DNA of 64,000 bases from Candidatus Gottesmanbacteria bacterium (GCA_023245335.1 JAHFKK010000001.1:683282-747281); one strand, 5' to 3'. Positions 9,638 through 19,270 are shown, counted from the first letter of the stretch. The notes: generated by a model not told the origin, from the sequence alone. A program made the numbers and translations.

Positions 9638-11615
9638 GGAATCTATGCCCGAAGAACTGAAAAAGATATCCGTTGATACATCGGTAACACCGAATACTAT
9701 GCCAATAAAAAAGTCATTTTCACCGAAAATAGTATTGATACCGCTTGGAATTGTCCTTCTTCTCCTTGTGATTATCGGGGTCATGCTTTTGCCGCTTCGT
9801 GGAGTCATCGCAAAGGCACGGGATGTCGCGGCAATCGGTCGGCAAACGGCGACGGCGCTTAAGAGTCAGGATTTGGCTGGAACAAAAGACGGATTAGGGA
9901 AAACGCGCGTCGCATTTGTGGCCCTTTCTGATGAATACAACAAAATTATGCCGCTCCAATATATGCCTATATTGGGCGCGTACGTGAGCGACGGTTCGCA
10001 TGCTATAAAAGCAGGATTTGCCGCTTTAGATGCCGCGGATAAGGGGGTAGAAGCGGTCGAGCCGAATGCTGACCTCCTCGGATTCAAAAAGGGCGGGAGT
10101 TTTGTTTTGGGAACGGCTGACCAGCGTATACAAACCGCCGTAAAAACCATGACGGCCCTCACTCCGAAAATTAACGATATTTCTAAATCAATCGCCATCA
10201 TGCGTGATGAGTTAGATGAGATAGACCCCAATCGGTACCCGGATCATATAGGAAGCACGTCAATCCGTCCCCGCATCGCTTCCCTGAAAGCAACCATTGA
10301 GGATGCGGCAAATCTTTTTGTGAACGCACAGCCTCTTCTTACTAATTTACCGGGTATATTAGGTCAACCGGTCAGCAAGCGATACCTCGTGCTTTTCCAA
10401 AATGACAAGGAACTCCGTTCGACGGGCGGATTTATCACCGCATATGCGCAGTTCCGGTTTGATCAGGGGAAAATAGTGTTGGAAAAGTCGGATGACATCT
10501 ATTCACTCGATAATGCGATGACGAAAAAATTCCCGGCACCGAGGGAGATTCTTACGTTCCATAAGGATGTGTTTAATCTCAATCTCCGGGATAGCAACTT
10601 GAGCCCGGACTTCAAGACCTCGATGCAGAATTTCGAAAGCTTATATAAATATGTTCCCGGCACGGAAAAGATAGACGGCATCATATCGCTCGATACCAAT
10701 GTATTAGTGGAGACATTGAAGATATTAGGGCCGGAAACCATTGGCGGCAGGGTGTATTCCGCAGATACGGATAAACGCTGTGATTGTCCCAAAGCAATCT
10801 ACGAGCTCGAAGACTATTCAAGCCGACCGGTAAACTACGTACGTACCGACAGAAAAAGCGAAATCGGCGTCCTCATGCAGAACCTTTTGCACAAAGCGCT
10901 TGGTGTTTCCCCCGGCCAGTATTGGGGCAGGCTTTTCCAGATGATGATTACGCAGATTCAGGAGAAGCATATGCTCGCGTACTTCCATGATCAGGCGACC
11001 CAGGGTGGTGTTGAGAGCTTTGATATGGGAGGGAGAATCCAGACGGCAAGCGAAACAGCATCACTTTTCAAATATAAAGAAGGCCAGGGATGGGATTACC
11101 TCCACGTGAATAACAGCAATATGGCCGGCGCGAAGTCCAATATGTTTGTGAGCCAGAAATACACCAAAGATACGACGGTAAATGGTGACGGCACGATTAC
11201 GACGGTACTTACAGTCGATTACAAGAATCCCTATCCGGGGAGCGACTGCAGCTTGGCAACAGGTGGCTTGTGCTTGAACGCACCGCTTCGGAACTGGGTA
11301 CGTGTATACGCGCCGGCAGGAAGTAAGCTCGTGAAGAGTCTTGGGACACAGAACCCATTAAATAGCGCCGCCTCTACGATGACGACGTATGATGATCTCG
11401 GCAAAACGGTGTTTGAAGGGTTTCTTATCATTAACCCTTTAGGGTCTGCAAAACTTCAGCTGACCTACACATCCCCTGTCAAATCTGCGGATGGGAAGTA
11501 TCACCTACTTTTGCAAAAACAACCCGGTACGCAGGGAGACCAGGTCATACTGAAGTTAAACGGGAGCGAGCAGAAGAATTTCATCCTCGATACGGACTCG
11601 GAGATCTCGTTATAA
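9636..11615 (+). CDS. DUF4012 domain protein (large exported/membrane-anchored protein common in CPR)
   Basis: N-terminal TM 'IVLIPLGIVLLLLVIIGVMLLPL'. Central 'YLVLFQNDKELRSTGGFITAYAQFRFDQGKI' is the DUF4012 core motif. Start may be ATG 9645 if leaderless. Confidence 0.7.
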   Translation: MESMPEELKKISVDTSVTPNTMPIKKSFSPKIVLIPLGIVLLLLVIIGVMLLPLRGVIAKARDVAAIGRQTATALKSQDLAGTKDGLGKTRVAFVALSDEYNKIMPLQYMPILGAYVSDGSHAIKAGFAALDAADKGVEAVEPNADLLGFKKGGSFVLGTADQRIQTAVKTMTALTPKINDISKSIAIMRDELDEIDPNRYPDHIGSTSIRPRIASLKATIEDAANLFVNAQPLLTNLPGILGQPVSKRYLVLFQNDKELRSTGGFITAYAQFRFDQGKIVLEKSDDIYSLDNAMTKKFPAPREILTFHKDVFNLNLRDSNLSPDFKTSMQNFESLYKYVPGTEKIDGIISLDTNVLVETLKILGPETIGGRVYSADTDKRCDCPKAIYELEDYSSRPVNYVRTDRKSEIGVLMQNLLHKALGVSPGQYWGRLFQMMITQIQEKHMLAYFHDQATQGGVESFDMGGRIQTASETASLFKYKEGQGWDYLHVNNSNMAGAKSNMFVSQKYTKDTTVNGDGTITTVLTVDYKNPYPGSDCSLATGGLCLNAPLRNWVRVYAPAGSKLVKSLGTQNPLNSAASTMTTYDDLGKTVFEGFLIINPLGSAKLQLTYTSPVKSADGKYHLLLQKQPGTQGDQVILKLNGSEQKNFILDTDSEISL

Positions 11616-11625
11616 ATTAATCCTC

Positions 11626-12189
11626 ATGTATCGGTCAAACGGGAAACTGTATAAAGCCCAGGGTATCATTTTATCCCGAAAAAATATCGGAGAAGCGGAT
11701 AGGGTGGTCACGGTATTTACCAAAGAATACGGGAAGCTTCGCCTGATCGCTAAAGGAATCCGGCGGGTCACCAGCAGGCGAGCGCCATATCTAGAGGTGT
11801 TTACCCAATGTACCCTCATGGTGCACAAAGGAAGTTCGATGGACAGCATCACGGAGGCACAGCCGATAGAGGCATTTGAACGGGTAAGGCTTGATCTTGC
11901 ACGCGTAAGTATCGCGTATCTGTATTGTGAGCTTATCTCCGTCTTACTGGCGGAGAAGCAGGAGCACGTGGATATCTATGATCTCTTGGTTCAGGCCTTA
12001 ACCGAATTAAATACGCATGATGCGGCGACGCGTCAGGCGGAAAGCCGGGAGTTTACGCTCGAACTTTTGTGGCGGTTGGGATTCCTGCCCCGGAGCAAAC
12101 GGTTAACCGGCGCCAAACTGCAGGACTTTGTCGAAAGTATCGCGGAACGGCACCTTCGGACGCCAAAGATGGTTAGGCAATTACTGTAA
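11626..12189 (+). CDS. recO: DNA repair protein RecO (short form)
   Basis: 'MYRSNGKLYKAQGIILSRKNIGEADRVVTVFTKEYGKLRLIAKG' is a typical RecO N-terminal OB-fold. TATAAATTA lies 7-10 nt upstream of the ATG. Confidence 0.8.
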   Translation: MYRSNGKLYKAQGIILSRKNIGEADRVVTVFTKEYGKLRLIAKGIRRVTSRRAPYLEVFTQCTLMVHKGSSMDSITEAQPIEAFERVRLDLARVSIAYLYCELISVLLAEKQEHVDIYDLLVQALTELNTHDAATRQAESREFTLELLWRLGFLPRSKRLTGAKLQDFVESIAERHLRTPKMVRQLL

Positions 12190-12226
12190 GCTAGAGCTTC
12201 ATGTGTATTTTTGTTACAATTGTCCC

Positions 12227-13522
12227 ATGACCTCATTAGACGAAATAGTTGCGTTGTGTAAACGACGCGGATTTATCTATCCCGGAAGCGATATTTACGG
12301 CGGGATTACCGGATTTTGGGATTACGGCCCAATGGGAGTAGAGCTTAAGCGAAACCTCAAGAATGAATGGTGGCGCACCATGGTGCAGTCGCGCCGAGAC
12401 GTCGTAGGCCTGGATGCCGCAATAATAATGAATCCAGATGTTTGGACCGCGTCCGGTCATACAAAAGCATTTGCCGATCCATTAGTAGAGTGTAAGATTT
12501 GTAATCAGCGTTTTCGTTCAGATAAACCTCAAGAATTGCGTGCCCATGAAGAAACTCATGCAAACAAAGGTGAAAAGGTTTCGTGGACGGAACCAAAACA
12601 ATTTAACTTACTGACAGAAGTATTGCTTGGGGTCACAGAGCCAAAACTAACGGCATACCTTCGCGGAGAAATCACTCAGGGTGTATTTGTTAACTTTGCT
12701 AACGTGGTTGCCTCGTCGCGCGTGAAGTTGCCCTTTGGAATAGCCCAAATCGGAAAGGCATTCAGGAATGAAATCACTCCAGGTAACTTTACGTTCCGTA
12801 GCCGTGAATTCGAGCAGATGGAGCTGGAGTTCTTTGTAAAGCCCAGTGATGCGGAAGCAGACAAATGGTTTGACTATTGGATGGAAGAACGGAAGAAATG
12901 GTACGTCAGCTTGGGAATTAAAGCGGAGAATCTTAAGTTCCGTAAACATGAAGATAATGAGCGTGCGCATTACGCAAGGAAAGCATTCGATATAGAGTAC
13001 AACTCGCCGTTTGGGTGGAGTGAATTTGAAGGTATTCACCACCGCGGAGATTGGGATTTGAGCCGTCACAAGCTCACGTACAAAGATCCTCAGACGAATG
13101 AGGAATTTACACCGTGGGTCATAGAAACATCAGGTGGGGTCGACCGGGCAACCTTATTCTTCCTACTCGAAGCATATCGAAAAGAAGAGAAACGCATTGT
13201 GCTTGGTTTACACCCGAAATTGGCGCCGATGAAGGTGGCAGTGTTCCCGCTGGTTGCCAATAAACCGGAACTTGTGGACAAGGCGAAGACTATATACGAG
13301 GAGCTCACGAAGTATTTCATGGTTGCCTGGGACGAGCGCGGCAATATCGGTAAGCGGTATCTTGCCCAGGATGAGATCGGTACCCCGTGGTGCGTGACCG
13401 TCGATTATGCTACGCTTGAAGATGACTCTGTGACGGTGCGTGACCGGGATACCACAAAACAGGAACGGGTCAAAGTGACCGAACTTTCAGGCTATTTTCA
13501 GAAATTATTAGGTATACTCTGA
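12227..13522 (+). CDS. glyQS: Glycine--tRNA ligase (class II, alpha2 type)
   Basis: 'MTSLDEIVALCKRRGFIYPGSDIYGGITGFWDYGPMGVELKRNLKNEWW' is a canonical GlyRS N-terminus. TACAAT at 12215-12220 ends 7 nt before the ATG. Confidence 0.85.
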   Translation: MTSLDEIVALCKRRGFIYPGSDIYGGITGFWDYGPMGVELKRNLKNEWWRTMVQSRRDVVGLDAAIIMNPDVWTASGHTKAFADPLVECKICNQRFRSDKPQELRAHEETHANKGEKVSWTEPKQFNLLTEVLLGVTEPKLTAYLRGEITQGVFVNFANVVASSRVKLPFGIAQIGKAFRNEITPGNFTFRSREFEQMELEFFVKPSDAEADKWFDYWMEERKKWYVSLGIKAENLKFRKHEDNERAHYARKAFDIEYNSPFGWSEFEGIHHRGDWDLSRHKLTYKDPQTNEEFTPWVIETSGGVDRATLFFLLEAYRKEEKRIVLGLHPKLAPMKVAVFPLVANKPELVDKAKTIYEELTKYFMVAWDERGNIGKRYLAQDEIGTPWCVTVDYATLEDDSVTVRDRDTTKQERVKVTELSGYFQKLLGIL

Positions 13523-13533
13523 AGGAGGAATGT

Positions 13534-14001
13534 ATGAAAAATAAGATGGTGTATTTATATATCGGGCTTGCAATAGTACTTTTTGCGACGGGATTTGTTG
13601 TCTATAAGGCAATATCAGGTCCGGGCCCGCAGCAAGCCACACAAAATGCAACTCCGACGCCTGCGGCGATGCCGACCGTTGACGCTTCGGTTGCGGTCAC
13701 GCTCACGAAATCCTCAAAGCCATACACGGTCGTTTTGAACGTGACCGGATTGAGTGGTAAGTATGCTTCAGTCGGCTACGAGTTCAGTTATGAGAGCAAA
13801 GGACTTATAAAGGGCGTCAATTCTGGGAGCACGCCGCTTGACGTTTCAGGTAAAAGCGAATTTAGCCGCGAAGTCTACATGGGGACCTGCTCGAGAAACG
13901 ACTGTACACCCGATGTCGGCGTGACCAAGGTATCAGTGGCGCTCGAATTTACCGATACGGCTGGCACTAAAAGCCAGTTTTCCAAGGATTTCGACCTTTG
14001 A
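13534..14001 (+). CDS. Hypothetical exported/membrane-anchored protein
   Basis: Strong SD AGGAGG 5 nt upstream. N-terminal TM 'VYLYIGLAIVLFATGFVVY'. No recognisable domain. Confidence 0.5.
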   Translation: MKNKMVYLYIGLAIVLFATGFVVYKAISGPGPQQATQNATPTPAAMPTVDASVAVTLTKSSKPYTVVLNVTGLSGKYASVGYEFSYESKGLIKGVNSGSTPLDVSGKSEFSREVYMGTCSRNDCTPDVGVTKVSVALEFTDTAGTKSQFSKDFDL

Positions 14002-14004
14002 CGT

Positions 14005-14616
14005 TCATTCAGCGGATTTATTGAGTACATGCGCTTCGCCGCCTGTACGGGGCGAATACCGCACGACGCTTACAGACGCGTTAGCGAATCCGTATTTGTT
14101 TATCTCCTCAAGCGGTAGATTCAGAAGGACAGCTATGAAGTTACGTATGAACGAGCCGTGGGAGACCACTACGATTGTTTGGCCGCTATAGTCGGCTACG
14201 AACCTCTTTATGACCTTTTGAGCTCGTTTAGTGACGTCTGCGAGGCTTTCTCCGTGAGGCGGGCGGAAGTTGGGGTATTGCCACATGGAGCCTAAGATTA
14301 TCTGCGGAAAGCGGGCGTTTGCTTCTTCATACTTGAGTCCTTCCAGTATGCCGAACGATCTCTCGTGGAGATCCGGTATTTCCTTGAGCTCAATGTGCGG
14401 GTGGTGCGTCTGGATAACTTGGGCTGTCTCGCGGGCACGGACAAGCGGGGAGGTGATGATGCGGTCAATTGGGTATGCCTTGAGGTACATCGCGACTATT
14501 TTTGCCTGGCGCAACCCTTCCTTATTTAGCGGTATGTCAGAGACCCCCATCATGCGGCCCTCCTGGTTCCAAAGGGTCTGACCATGACGTACGACGAGAA
14601 AGGTGATCTTGTCCAT
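14005..14616 (-). CDS. Histidine phosphatase family protein (phosphoglycerate mutase-like)
   Basis: 'ITFLVVRHGQTLWNQEGR' RHG catalytic motif. ATG at 14616 is preceded on the minus strand by TATAAT (plus 14623-14628) ending 7 nt upstream. The ORF-track start at 14637 is a GTG. Confidence 0.75.
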   Translation of the reverse strand: MDKITFLVVRHGQTLWNQEGRMMGVSDIPLNKEGLRQAKIVAMYLKAYPIDRIITSPLVRARETAQVIQTHHPHIELKEIPDLHERSFGILEGLKYEEANARFPQIILGSMWQYPNFRPPHGESLADVTKRAQKVIKRFVADYSGQTIVVVSHGSFIRNFIAVLLNLPLEEINKYGFANASVSVVRYSPRTGGEAHVLNKSAE

Positions 14617-14676
14617 ATAGGCATTATACGCCCACACCTTCCCACAGAGCTGTGGGAGATCCCCGTGAAATGCCTC

Positions 14677-14733
14677 TTGACATTGCGTGAAAAATGGTAA
14701 ATTATGGTAGTTAGTGGGGAAATGTGGTAGAGT
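14677..14733 (+). promoter_or_regulatory. mraZ promoter/operator region: TTGACA -35, then four direct TGG(T/G)(A/G) repeats at exact 10-bp spacing (candidate MraZ boxes), with extended -10 TGgTAGAGT ending 7 nt before the mraZ ATG
   Basis: TTGACA at 14677-14682. Repeats TGGTA 14695, TGGTA 14705, TGGGG 14715, TGGTA 14725. TGGTAGAGT at 14725-14733. Confidence 0.45.
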
Positions 14734-14739
14734 AAAGGC

Positions 14740-15144
14740 ATGAAGTTATTCCTTGGGGAATATGACCATGCATTGGATGAACGGGGCCGTGTAACGCTCC
14801 CCAGAAAGATAAGGCAAGAGATAGAAGAAACGGAAATAATACTTGCACGCGGGTACGAGGGATGCATATTCGGTTTTGACAAGAGGAGCTGGGAAGTAGA
14901 AGCGGCAAAGCACTTTGACACACCGGTAACCGATGAAAAAGGACGACAGGTCCGCCGTTACCTCTTTGGCTCAGCACAGAAAGTAGAGGTTGATAAGCTT
15001 GGCCGTATTTTACTGCCTGCCCAGCTCAAGGAGTATGCTTCCATTTCCCGGGAGGTAATTGTAGTCGGTGCCGGAGACCATTTTGAGATATGGAATAGGT
15101 CGCGATGGCAAGAGTATTCCGTGAGGTTGGGGGAAGCGGTATGA
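14740..15144 (+). CDS. mraZ: Transcriptional regulator MraZ
   Basis: 'MKLFLGEYDHALDERGRVTLPRKIRQE' and second-half repeat 'VDKLGRILLPAQLKEYA' (two MraZ/SpoVT-AbrB repeats). First gene of the dcw cluster. Confidence 0.9.
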   Translation: MKLFLGEYDHALDERGRVTLPRKIRQEIEETEIILARGYEGCIFGFDKRSWEVEAAKHFDTPVTDEKGRQVRRYLFGSAQKVEVDKLGRILLPAQLKEYASISREVIVVGAGDHFEIWNRSRWQEYSVRLGEAV

Positions 15145-16010
15145 GCGACAAACATATTTCAGTGATGCGGGAAGAGGTAGTGGAGGGATTGGATGTCCAA
15201 CGCGGAGCGAAATACATTGATGCGACGGTGGGAAGCGGCGGACACGCGGTCGAGATTGCAAAGCTTGGCGCAATTGTACTTGGTATAGATACAGACCCGA
15301 CTGCCGTAACACTCGCTCGACTTGAGCTAACGAAGACCGGAGTGAAAGATTGGAAGATCGTACAGGGAAATTTTCGCGATATAGAAGCGATAGCAAAAAG
15401 AGAAGGATTTGAGCGTGTACGCGGAATTTTGTTTGATTTAGGTGTATCGAGCATGCAGCTGGATACGCCGGACAGAGGCTTTAGTTACCGGTTTACCGAT
15501 GCTCCTTTAGATTTGAGGATGAATCAATCCGAAGGAGAACCGGCTGCCCAATTGGTAAACCGGATAAGTGAAGACGAATTGTATGACATATTTTCGACGT
15601 ATGGTGAGGAAGAGTTGGCTCGGGTTATTGCTCACGCTCTTTACCGCGCCCGTTCGGTGAAGAAGATTGAGACCGTAGGAGATGTTGTTGAAGTTATAGA
15701 GAACATTACCAAGGATAGAAATGAACGGTACGCAACACTGTCGCGTATTTTTCAAGCTCTTCGGATCGCGGTGAACGACGAATTGCAGAGTTTGCGGCAG
15801 GGACTCGCTGGCGCGAAACATCTGTTGATACCGGGAGGACGACTTGTTGTGATCAGTTTTCATTCACTGGAAGATCGCACGGTGAAACGTTTTATGCGGG
15901 AAGGGGAATGGGAAGTGATCACAAAACATCCGATGCTACCGACGATAGATGAGACAGGGACTAACCGTAGGGCTCGCAGCGCGAAAACGAGGATCGCCAT
16001 AAGAAAGTAA
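15141..16010 (+). CDS. rsmH: 16S rRNA (cytosine1402-N4)-methyltransferase RsmH (MraW)
   Basis: 'HISVMREEVVEGL...YIDATVGSGGHA' SAM motif. ATGA overlap with mraZ. Confidence 0.9.
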   Translation: MSDKHISVMREEVVEGLDVQRGAKYIDATVGSGGHAVEIAKLGAIVLGIDTDPTAVTLARLELTKTGVKDWKIVQGNFRDIEAIAKREGFERVRGILFDLGVSSMQLDTPDRGFSYRFTDAPLDLRMNQSEGEPAAQLVNRISEDELYDIFSTYGEEELARVIAHALYRARSVKKIETVGDVVEVIENITKDRNERYATLSRIFQALRIAVNDELQSLRQGLAGAKHLLIPGGRLVVISFHSLEDRTVKRFMREGEWEVITKHPMLPTIDETGTNRRARSAKTRIAIRK

Positions 16011-16014
16011 TACT

Positions 16015-16341
16015 ATGAATAAACTGTTTCGGATCATAAGCATTGTTCTTCCTTGTCTCGCCGTCACGCTTATAGTAGTCCAAGTCGTGGTGTCAAACGA
16101 ACTGGCAACGATGGGAAAATCTATGGGTAGGCTCGACCTTGCCGTCAATGACGCCAGGGATGTACACGCCGAACTTGAAACCGAAGTTGCTTCTGCATCT
16201 TCACTTATGACTCTTCATGACCGCGCATTGATTTTGGGATTTCGTGAACCTACACCCAGCCAAATTGTGGCATTATCACCCGAACTTCCTGTTGCTTTCG
16301 GAGTACGTGCTCAACCCAGCTCGCTTACACTCCTCCCGTAA
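16015..16341 (+). CDS. ftsL: Cell division protein FtsL-like (small bitopic protein)
   Basis: 108 aa with N-terminal TM 'IISIVLPCLAVTLIVVQVVV' then a coiled-coil-like segment. Located between rsmH and ftsI. Confidence 0.55.
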   Translation: MNKLFRIISIVLPCLAVTLIVVQVVVSNELATMGKSMGRLDLAVNDARDVHAELETEVASASSLMTLHDRALILGFREPTPSQIVALSPELPVAFGVRAQPSSLTLLP

Positions 16342-16361
16342 TTCCATGGTAGGATATCGAT

Positions 16362-18044
16362 ATGGCTTCGTACTGGCGTGCATCGTTTCTTTTCACGGTA
16401 TTTGTCGTAGCGTTCGCGCTTTTGGTCATGAGGCTTTTCTATTGGCAAGTGATATCAGCCGACCGATTACAGAAACAAGCTGCTTCCCAGCACTTCATCG
16501 AACTGAATGTGCCAGCGATCCGCGGAGGAATTGCAGATAAGGACGGCAACCCCATCGTCATAAACCAGCCGGCATTCTTGTCATACGCAGAGTCGCGTTT
16601 GATTAAAGATGTGCATGCATTCAGTGAAAAGGTTGCGTCGGTGCTGTCTCTGGATCCCAAAGAGTTGGCGTCTCAGTTATCTGACCCGAACCGTGTGTGG
16701 GTGCCGCTTTCGCATAAGGTCGAAACGGCGAAGATGACGGAGTTAAAAAATCTGAATCTTCCAGGACTTGGGTTCGAAAAGGAACCCAAACGGTTTTATC
16801 CTGAAGCATCTACGGCCGCACAGCTTCTGGGTTTCGTCGGTTCCGACGTAAACGGTGTGGATAAAGGATACTTCGGCATCGAAGGGTATTACGACCGTCA
16901 GCTTCGCGGGACCGATGGCATGATTCGTCTCGAGAAAGATGCACAGGGAGTGCCGCTTCTTATAGGTGAAGAGGAGCGTCTACCGCCACAGGACGGAAGA
17001 TCATTGAATCTATGGCTCGATAAAGCGGTTCAGCAGATCGTGGAACGGCGCCTGTCAGAGGGCATCGAAAAATATGGCGCCAAACAGGGGTCCGTCGTCA
17101 TCCTGGATCCTGCTACCGGGGGAGTTATCGCTATGGCGTCTTTACCAAGCTATGATCCACGTAATTTTTCGGAGTACGACAAATCCCTGTATTCTAATCC
17201 CATCGTCGCGAGCTCCTATGAGCCGGGCAGTACGTTCAAAACACTCATCATGGCTGCGGCTATCGACCGGCATTTAGTGACCCCGAATACGACGATGGAC
17301 GAGTCAGGTCCGGTTCAGGTCGGGCCTGATTATATACGAACGTGGAATAACCAATATCACGGCCAGATTACGCTAACACAGGTACTCGAGTACTCGTCTA
17401 ACGTCGGCATGGTTTTTGTGGCGCGGAAACTCGGTAAAGACAACCTTCTCTCCGCGATCAAGGGATACGGATTCGGCGTACCCACAAATATCGATCTTGA
17501 GGACGAGTCATCGCCGGAACTCCGCCCAGACAACCAGTGGAAGGAAATAGATGAGGATACAGCCTCATTCGGTCAGGGAATTGCGGTGACGCCGATTCAA
17601 ATGGTTCGTGCCGTCGCTTCGCTTGCGAACGGCGGGCGTATGATGGAACCGCATGTCGTAAAAGAAATCATAGATGAAAACGATAAGGTGATACCTATAA
17701 AGCCCAAAATGGTGGCCCAGGTAGTTAGTCCGGAAACGGCCCGTATTGTGACGGAGATGATGGTGTCGGCCGTCGATAACGGCGAAGCGAAATTCGCTAA
17801 ACCCAAAGGCTACCGCATAGCCGGGAAGACTGGTACTGCCCAGATACCGGTTGCCGGCCATTATGATGCTACAAAGACAATTGCATCGTTTGTCGGGTTT
17901 GCTCCGGCGGATCACCCCAAATTCGTTATGCTGGTGACACTTCGGGAGCCGTCGTCGTCCCAATGGGGATCCGAGACCGCCGCTCCCCTATTCTTTAATA
18001 TCTCTCGCGACCTGTTTACGTATTGGGGCATACCCCCGCAATAA
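16362..18044 (+). CDS. ftsI: Peptidoglycan D,D-transpeptidase FtsI (class B PBP)
   Basis: N-terminal TM; transpeptidase motifs 'STFK' (SGSTFKTLIMAAAID), 'SSN' and 'KTGT'. Confidence 0.85.
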   Translation: MASYWRASFLFTVFVVAFALLVMRLFYWQVISADRLQKQAASQHFIELNVPAIRGGIADKDGNPIVINQPAFLSYAESRLIKDVHAFSEKVASVLSLDPKELASQLSDPNRVWVPLSHKVETAKMTELKNLNLPGLGFEKEPKRFYPEASTAAQLLGFVGSDVNGVDKGYFGIEGYYDRQLRGTDGMIRLEKDAQGVPLLIGEEERLPPQDGRSLNLWLDKAVQQIVERRLSEGIEKYGAKQGSVVILDPATGGVIAMASLPSYDPRNFSEYDKSLYSNPIVASSYEPGSTFKTLIMAAAIDRHLVTPNTTMDESGPVQVGPDYIRTWNNQYHGQITLTQVLEYSSNVGMVFVARKLGKDNLLSAIKGYGFGVPTNIDLEDESSPELRPDNQWKEIDEDTASFGQGIAVTPIQMVRAVASLANGGRMMEPHVVKEIIDENDKVIPIKPKMVAQVVSPETARIVTEMMVSAVDNGEAKFAKPKGYRIAGKTGTAQIPVAGHYDATKTIASFVGFAPADHPKFVMLVTLREPSSSQWGSETAAPLFFNISRDLFTYWGIPPQ

Positions 18045-18086
18045 CAGTCTTTGGGAATTTATACCTCCCTGCGGTATAATAGAATC

Positions 18087-19268
18087 ATGCTTCGGAGCCT
18101 CAAAAGCCTCTATCATTTTATCGTGGCAATAGCGGCAAATGTCTGGTTTGGGTCTCCCGGCCGGAATTTGACTGTTATCGGTGTCACCGGAACGGATGGC
18201 AAAACCACGACAACCACGCTCATTTACGAAATATTGAAGGCTGCCGGACTGAAAACATCCATGATCACGTCCGTCCATGCTGTCATCGGGGGACGGGAGT
18301 ACGACACGGGATTTCATGTCACGACACCGTCAGCCTGGTGGGTACAGAAATATCTGCGGGAAGCGGCTGATCACGGTGACACACACGTCGTTTTGGAAGT
18401 CACGTCCCACGCGCTGTCTCAATCGCGTGTGTTTGGCATACATTTTGCGGCGGCTGTCATTACCAACGTGACGCATGAGCACCTAGACTGGCATGGAACA
18501 TTTGAAAATTATTTGAGAACCAAGTTGCAGTTGTTAAAATATGCGCGGGTTGCCGTCATTAACCGGGATACGGCAGATGTCTATAATGCAGCGTTGCCGT
18601 TTCTCGTACGCAAGCGGTATCTTACCTACGGCATACGCCGGGATAGCATGGTGAACCCGACGACCTACCCCTTCAAAACAGCCCTGCCCGGCGAATTTAA
18701 CCGGTATAATATTTTGGCAGCATTAGGTACAGCCGAGGCGCTTGGTATCGACCGTTCCGTCGCCGCAAAGGCGGTCGCGGATTTTTCCGGCGTCGTCGGA
18801 CGTATGGAAGTAGTTTTGGAGAAACCATATCGGGTGATTGTGGATTTCGCGCATACGCCGAACGCAATTGAGCAGGCGCTTCGGGCGGTGCGTGCCATGA
18901 CGAAAAAACGGGTGATTCATGTATTTGGGAGCGCAGGACTCCGGGATCACTCAAAGCGTCCTCTCATGGGTAAAGCATCCGCAGGCTATGCGGACGTTAT
19001 CATCCTGACAGAGGAGGATTACCGTACAGAAAACGTCAATACGATTATTGATGCGATTGCTTCCGGCATTCCGGAGGGAAAAGAAGTATATCGGCATGCG
19101 GATCGTCATGATGCGCTCGTATTTGCGCTTTCTATAGCAAAGCCCGATGACATCGTCATCGTGACCGGTAAGGGCCACGAAAAGAGTTTGTGCAGAGGCA
19201 CAAAAGAATACCCATGGAGTGATGAGACGGAGATACATACCATACGTAAAGCTCTTGCGAAGGACTAG
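18087..19268 (+). CDS. murE: UDP-N-acetylmuramoyl-L-alanyl-D-glutamate--2,6-diaminopimelate (or L-Lys) ligase MurE, with short N-terminal domain
   Basis: P-loop 'VIGVTGTDGKTTTTTL'; 'VDFAHTPNAIEQAL' and 'GLRDHSKRPLMG' MurE signatures. TATAAT at 18075-18080 ends 7 nt before ATG 18087. The ORF track uses a TTG at 18051. Confidence 0.8.
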   Translation: MLRSLKSLYHFIVAIAANVWFGSPGRNLTVIGVTGTDGKTTTTTLIYEILKAAGLKTSMITSVHAVIGGREYDTGFHVTTPSAWWVQKYLREAADHGDTHVVLEVTSHALSQSRVFGIHFAAAVITNVTHEHLDWHGTFENYLRTKLQLLKYARVAVINRDTADVYNAALPFLVRKRYLTYGIRRDSMVNPTTYPFKTALPGEFNRYNILAALGTAEALGIDRSVAAKAVADFSGVVGRMEVVLEKPYRVIVDFAHTPNAIEQALRAVRAMTKKRVIHVFGSAGLRDHSKRPLMGKASAGYADVIILTEEDYRTENVNTIIDAIASGIPEGKEVYRHADRHDALVFALSIAKPDDIVIVTGKGHEKSLCRGTKEYPWSDETEIHTIRKALAKD

Positions 19269-19270
19269 CT

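Noticed and set aside
12181-12226. Full -35/-10 promoter for glyQS
   Set aside because: Only the -10 (TACAAT) at the leaderless distance is convincing. No acceptable -35 at 17±1 bp. Reported as part of the leaderless pattern only.
18051-18086. TTG start for murE as given by the ORF track
   Set aside because: ATG 18087 is preceded by a perfect TATAAT at the leaderless distance. The TTG would begin 7 nt after the ftsI stop with no RBS. Kept as an alternative.
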